Shown here piece by piece: positions 27,213 to 32,000 of a stretch of DNA of 32,000 nucleotides; position 1 is the first letter of the stretch; every line of letters starts with the position of its first letter. The notes beneath the pieces are model-generated. The model had not been told where the DNA came from. It searched no databases and worked only from the letters and a program-made list of their open reading frames with translations. The position numbers were made by a program, and so were the translations under genes. The stretch lies in the NCBI GenBank assembly GCA_964496765.1, contig CAZCAP010000006.1, forward strand, positions 1 through 32,000, written 5' to 3'. This DNA comes from an uncultured archaeon (GTDB taxonomy: Archaea > Iainarchaeota > Iainarchaeia > Iainarchaeales > CSSED10-239).

Positions 27213-29144
27213 TTATGATATTATTCTTACATCAATCTGGCTCTCTTGATTATCTAAAATATTGTGAGCTGTAGAATTAATGTCTGTTGTTTGTGCCTTA
27301 ATAATACCAATGTCTGTTAATAATGTATCAATTCTTGATGACACACTTCCTGAAAGGTATTCCCAGGTTGTTGTTGTTGTATTATCTATTTCATCAAGTC
27401 TTGCTACCTGTTCATCATGCATTACAACAGCAGCTGCTTTGATACTATATATTTCTTGACATAGAGCACTTGAGTCGGTCTCTGGGTTTGAACAAAACTG
27501 TTCAAGTAAAGTAATATTTCCATCAATGTTTTCAAATCTTTGGTCAATTGCTGCTCTATCTGTATCATTCATAGCATGTGTTGTTAACCATGTGGTATCA
27601 TCCTTAACACTCTGTACCTGAGTTGATAATTGATCAAGCATAGCGTTTAATTGAAGGTTAAGATCTCCAGCAACAAGTCCTATAATCATATCTGATAAAG
27701 AAGCATTAACATCTGCTAAATCAGATTTAATTTCCTGTCCTGTTATAACAACCTGTCCATTAACACTAACTTCTAAACTATCAAGTCTTGCACTTAGGAA
27801 ATTATTTGAATCTAAGAATTTCTGTGCAATTAAAGCATTTGTGTTATTAAATTGGTTTGTTATTTGGCTTGATAAACTTACGTTCAATGAATCTAAAATT
27901 CCTGTTAGGTTTGTATTAACATTTGCTAAATTTGTGTTTATCTCGTCACCAGTATCTTGAACCTTAGCATTCAAACTTACATTCACATTTTCAAGTTGAG
28001 CAGAAAGCTCAGCAAACTTGGTTGTCATTTGTGTTGCAAGGTTTGTGTTTACTGTGTTCAATAGATTTGTTAAAGATGTATCAACATTTGTTAAGTGAGC
28101 ATTTATTGAATCACCTGTTGCTTCCATCTTACCATCTAAACTTAAGTTAATGTCCTGTAAATTATTTCCAAGAGTCTCAAATTCAGAACCCATTTGGTTT
28201 GAAAGGTTTGTATTTACTGTGTTTAGGATACTTGTCATTGATGCATTTACATCACTTAGGTTTGTGGTTATTATTTGTCCAGTTTCAGCAACCTTAGCCA
28301 TGATTGTTAAGTTAACATCATTTAGTTGTGCTGTTGATGCATTAAATTCGCTTAACATCTGACCAGATAAGCTAGTATTAACAGAATTTAATAAACTTGT
28401 TAATGATGTATTAGATGTGCTTATACTTGTTTGTAATTCCTGTCCTGTGGTTACAACAGTTCCAGTAATACTTACATTAACAGCATCTAGTTGAGTTCCA
28501 AGTGTATTAATTCCTTCATTTAATTGGTTTGTTACACCTGCATTAACATCTGTTATTAAATCATTTAAGTTTGTATTCATATTTGAGATATTAGTTGTTA
28601 ATATTTCGTTTGTGTCTGCAATCTGTGCACTTAAAGAAACATTTACTTATCCAAGGTTTGCATCAAGTGCATCTACCTTTTCAGTAACTATTCTTACCTG
28701 CTCAAGAGCTGGGTTTAAGTGGAATGATTGAGATGTTTTAATTGTTTGTGTTCCCTTAAGACAGGTTACTTCCTGTTCATAGGTTCCAAGCGGAGCACCA
28801 GCAAGTGAATCTGTTCTATACCAGTTTCCTGGGATATTTGATAAAGCTAGTGGCTGATCATCAACAAATGTACTCTTATCCGGTTTTAGGATAGTTACGT
28901 TACATGAGTCAACTGCATAGGGGTCTCCTCTAAAATCAGCAAGTCTTACTATTGTTGAGGCAACGTCATCTCTCCAATATTCAGTGTGGGATACCCAACT
29001 GACTACTGGTTCATTAACTGTTTGCTTACCATCAGTGTATGCAAATGCAAAGAATGCAATTACAACTATCACAATGGTTGAAACAATACCCCATCTAATA
29101 AGCTTTTTTTTCTTATTTGTATATTTTGGATTTAAATCTTCCAT
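27213..29144 (-). pseudogene. Interrupted or recoded gene: TM + Ig-like + long coiled-coil repeat protein split by one in-frame TAA at 28647-28649
   Basis: ORFs 28647..29144 and 27213..28580 are in the same frame. Translation through the stop continues a 55-aa repeat register: ...DALDANLG*VNVSLSAQIADTNEILTTNISNMNTNLNDL... Confidence 0.72.
27888..28547 (-). repeat. Four tandem 55-aa (165-nt) coding repeats
   Basis: Units starting VNAGVTNQL.., VNTSLSGQM.., VNTNLSNQM.., VNTNLATQM.., each exactly 55 residues with shared V-N-V-S-L...TGxxIxTNL...NTSLT.LLN pattern. Confidence 0.85.
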
Positions 29145-29417
29145 ATCTTCACCTTATTTCACAATTTTTTTTTAAAAATATAACTACTATTCTGATGCCC
29201 TAAATCAATAGACTTTAGGCTAATAGCTTACTATATGTTGGCTATAATGATTATAAACCTATTTGTTTAGAAAATTAAAGAAAATCAATGATTTTGGTAA
29301 GATTATTAACCATTAACTGTGAACAATTACCTTCAAAACACACTTGTTTACTAGGATAATAAGCTTATTTTAACCCAACTAAGTTAAGTAGGTAATTTTG
29401 ATTGGATTTCATATGAA

Positions 29418-30038
29418 TTATTTATTTAAAATAAGTATAAACTTTTTTTTTTTAATAGATGCTTCATTATAAATAAATTTGCGTACATTAAAATCGCATC
29501 TCTCAAATGCAGATGCAACAACATCAAAAACTAATTCATTTCCTGGATAAAATTGAATTGCAAAAGCTCCTTTCTCTGATAAGAGATTAAACACATCTTT
29601 TCCTATTTTTTTTATTATATTTTTTATTTCCAGTTCTTTCTTATTTGAAATTACCCATTGAAGAGAAGAAACAGAAATAATTAAATCAAAAGAGTTTTTT
29701 TGAAAAGCCAAGGCCCCTAAATCCAAAAACCCACCAACTTTCACATTTAATTTTTTTCTTTTTGCAATGTTTATCATTTCTATTGCTGGATCAATTCCCA
29801 CCACATTCTTATATCCTAAAGATTTAAGATAACTAATAGAAAAACCAGTTCCACATCCAATATCTAGTATCCTATCCTTATTACTAATATGAGCTTTAGA
29901 AAGAGAAAGAAGAATAGATGTTAATTCCTCTTGAGTTTTTTTCATTCCTGAAGAAAGATCATATCTTTCTGCTTCTTTTTTTATATAAAAATCATTTGGA
30001 TTTTCATATTCCTCTTCAGGAGTAATCTTTTTAGTCAT
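29418..30038 (-). CDS. SAM-dependent methyltransferase (class I)
   Basis: ILDIGCGTGFSISYLKSLGYKNVVGIDPAIEMINIAKRK, FDLIISVSSLQWV (BioC-like). Confidence 0.88.
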   Translation of the reverse strand: MTKKITPEEEYENPNDFYIKKEAERYDLSSGMKKTQEELTSILLSLSKAHISNKDRILDIGCGTGFSISYLKSLGYKNVVGIDPAIEMINIAKRKKLNVKVGGFLDLGALAFQKNSFDLIISVSSLQWVISNKKELEIKNIIKKIGKDVFNLLSEKGAFAIQFYPGNELVFDVVASAFERCDFNVRKFIYNEASIKKKKFILILNK

Positions 30039-30042
30039 GTAT

Positions 30043-30654
30043 TTATTTTCCTTTCTTTTCCTTTAAATACAAATTATAAATTATTCCTACAGAGACTAAA
30101 CAAAATACTTCTACAATTACAAAAGTTAATGAAAAACCAATTATTGATGCAAGAACTGCACCCACTAGCCCAGCAATTCCTATTCCGAAACTAACAAATG
30201 TTGAATAAACAGACCACTGAAAGCCCTCTCTTCTCTTATCAAGATTTCTTGTCCAAATACTTGTCCAAACAGGATATTCAATTCCTGAACCTATTCCAAA
30301 AATAAATTCAGCTAGATATATCCAATAAATATTATTTGCAAAAATATAAATTAATGGAGCAATTGAAATTATCATGGTTCCAATAAGTAACCATTTCATT
30401 TTTTTCTTTTGCTTATCAACAAACCTAGAAAAAGGAAGTTGAATAATACACTTAGTTATAAGAAATATTGCACTTGCAATTCCTGCTGAAAGAATGCTTC
30501 CCCCAACAAGATTATCCTTTAGAAAAATAGCAAAGATTGGGGCAACCAACCCAAACCCAGTACCAACAATCAGATCAATAAAAAGTAAATGCCATAAAGT
30601 TTTATTAAGTATTCTATTAAACTTTAGGTCATTAAGTAATTTCATATAATCCAA
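30043..30654 (-). CDS. MFS-like transporter, short (about six TM)
   Basis: GLVAPIFAIFLKDNL, SRFVDKQKKKMKWLLIGT (MFS loop 2-3-like), then TM segments and stop. Confidence 0.75.
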   Translation of the reverse strand: MDYMKLLNDLKFNRILNKTLWHLLFIDLIVGTGFGLVAPIFAIFLKDNLVGGSILSAGIASAIFLITKCIIQLPFSRFVDKQKKKMKWLLIGTMIISIAPLIYIFANNIYWIYLAEFIFGIGSGIEYPVWTSIWTRNLDKRREGFQWSVYSTFVSFGIGIAGLVGAVLASIIGFSLTFVIVEVFCLVSVGIIYNLYLKEKKGK

Positions 30655-30656
30655 TT

Positions 30657-31823
30657 TTATTTTTTAGTTATTATTGTTTGAGTAGGGTATGCAAAATTAA
30701 TTTTTTCTTTTTCAAATTGTTTTTTTATCTCAAAATTAACCTTATCCTTAATTGCAAGATACTTTCCATAGTCCATTTCTGCCACATAGTAGATAACTTC
30801 TATATCTAATGAATAATCATTGAACTTATCAAAGGTAATATATTGAGTATCTGTAACCTTTGTTGTTTTCTTTAGGATATCTTTAATTATTTGCTTTGAT
30901 TTTTCAAGTTTTGCTGTAGAGGTATCATAAACAAGCCCTAATCTCATAACAACTCTTCTAATGTTTCTTGCGGTGTAATTTTCTATTGCCTGCATAGATA
31001 GCTTACTGTTAGGAACAACAATTAGCGTGTTATCAAATGTTCTAATTCTTGTGGATCTAATTCCGATTTCTTCAACAGTTCCATTAACTTCAGTTGTTTT
31101 AACTAGATCTCCAACCTTGAAAGGTTTTTCAGAAAAAATCATGATTCCAGATATGAAATTCTCAAGCATATCCCTTGCTGCAAATGCAATTGCAATACCA
31201 CCAATTCCTAGTCCAGCAATTAAAACACTTATATTGTATCCAAAGTTAGCAAGAATAATCAAGATTGCAAAAATAAATATAATAATTTTGGTTAATGTTT
31301 TTAATAGAGGGATTATTTGATCATCATATTTACTATCTGTTTTTGCAGTATATACTTCAATATATTCTTTAATTAATCCCAATATAAATTTAATTACAAA
31401 TAGAGATATGCCTAAAACATAAATTACAAAAGATAATTTTGTAACCACATTTTTTAAGCCGTCAGATACTATTAAATAACGAAATCCAATATTGAAAAAG
31501 ATAGTAACTACAATTAATTGAAATGGTCTTGGTCTCTCAAGAATTGAAACAATTATATCATCAAGTTTATTTTTTGTTTTTTTAGCAAGACTTAATAAAA
31601 TGTGTTTAGTTACCCAAACAATAACTTTGGTTGAAATGAAACCAATAATTATCATTACAATAAAAAAAAGATATTGCTTTAATGTGTTCCCAAAAATTGG
31701 AGAACTTAGTGTAATTAATCCAGTAACTAACGAGCTCATAATTATCATCCAAAAATCAAATATTTTAACGATATAAATCAATTTATAAATAATTTGATAT
31801 ATATTATATATTATATATTCCAA
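30657..31823 (-). CDS. MscS-family mechanosensitive channel
   Basis: LIAGLGIGGIAIAFAARDMLENFISGIMIFSEKPFKVGDLV...GTVEEIGIRSTRIRTFDNTLIVVPNSKL. Confidence 0.95.
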   Translation of the reverse strand: MEYIIYNIYQIIYKLIYIVKIFDFWMIIMSSLVTGLITLSSPIFGNTLKQYLFFIVMIIIGFISTKVIVWVTKHILLSLAKKTKNKLDDIIVSILERPRPFQLIVVTIFFNIGFRYLIVSDGLKNVVTKLSFVIYVLGISLFVIKFILGLIKEYIEVYTAKTDSKYDDQIIPLLKTLTKIIIFIFAILIILANFGYNISVLIAGLGIGGIAIAFAARDMLENFISGIMIFSEKPFKVGDLVKTTEVNGTVEEIGIRSTRIRTFDNTLIVVPNSKLSMQAIENYTARNIRRVVMRLGLVYDTSTAKLEKSKQIIKDILKKTTKVTDTQYITFDKFNDYSLDIEVIYYVAEMDYGKYLAIKDKVNFEIKKQFEKEKINFAYPTQTIITKK

Positions 31824-31873
31824 AAAATATTTAAAGTCTTCTTTTAAAAATAAAAAAATAATAGTGATATAAT

Positions 31874-32000
31874 ATGGTCTTTCAAAACGTTGTTGAACTC
31901 AAAGAAGTTTATAAAATCTATAAAATGGGAACTAATGAAGTTCATGCTCTTGATGGAGTAACTCTAACAATTAGAAAAGGGGAATTTGTTTCTATTATGG
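31874..32000 (+). CDS. ABC transporter ATP-binding protein, N-terminus only (partial at window edge)
   Basis: Translates to MVFQNVVELKEVYKIYKMGTNEVHALDGVTLTIRKGEFVSIM, typical LolD/MacB-like N-terminus. Confidence 0.85.
   Translation, partial: MVFQNVVELKEVYKIYKMGTNEVHALDGVTLTIRKGEFVSIM

Noticed and set aside
29199-29219. Small hairpin CCTAAA-N9-TTTAGG in the 29145-29417 intergenic gap
   Set aside because: Only 6 bp in very AT-rich sequence; no T-tract or conserved context to call a terminator or ncRNA.
1-32000. CRISPR arrays, transposons, integrases or phage modules
   Set aside because: No short regularly spaced repeats, transposase/integrase motifs or phage structural genes were recognised in the ORFs or intergenic sequence.

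Overview
AT-rich window that looks archaeal, most likely DPANN-like (inferred from gene content, archaeal-type LeuRS, archaeal TATA/BRE-like promoters and a C/D box sRNA). It contains a complete 23S rRNA on the minus strand (about 8141-11118) with no 16S or 5S visible beside it, and flanking sequences form an exact 20-bp processing stem. It also has tRNA-Met(CAT)-like and tRNA-Asp(GTC) genes, a copper-homeostasis gene cluster (CopA ATPase, cupredoxin, Met/Gly-rich membrane protein, CopZ-like HMA protein, nearby wHTH membrane protein), LeuRS, a YchF/OLA1-type GTPase, a DedA protein, an MscS channel and an archaeal pilus/secretion-type locus. Main observations: (1) an unannotated C/D box sRNA at 977-1038 (+). 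By the N+5 rule its two guides point at the 23S A-loop U (E. coli U2552 equivalent, present in this window at 8495) and at 16S C1402. (2) A secretion/pilus-type ATPase fused to an N-terminal ferredoxin-like multi-Cys domain, followed by a two-gene split of the FlaJ/TadC-like membrane component and preceded by two paralogous TM + Ig-like + coiled-coil surface proteins. (3) One of those surface proteins has an in-frame TAA lying inside an otherwise intact 55-residue (165-nt) repeat register. No CRISPR array, transposase or prophage signature was seen.
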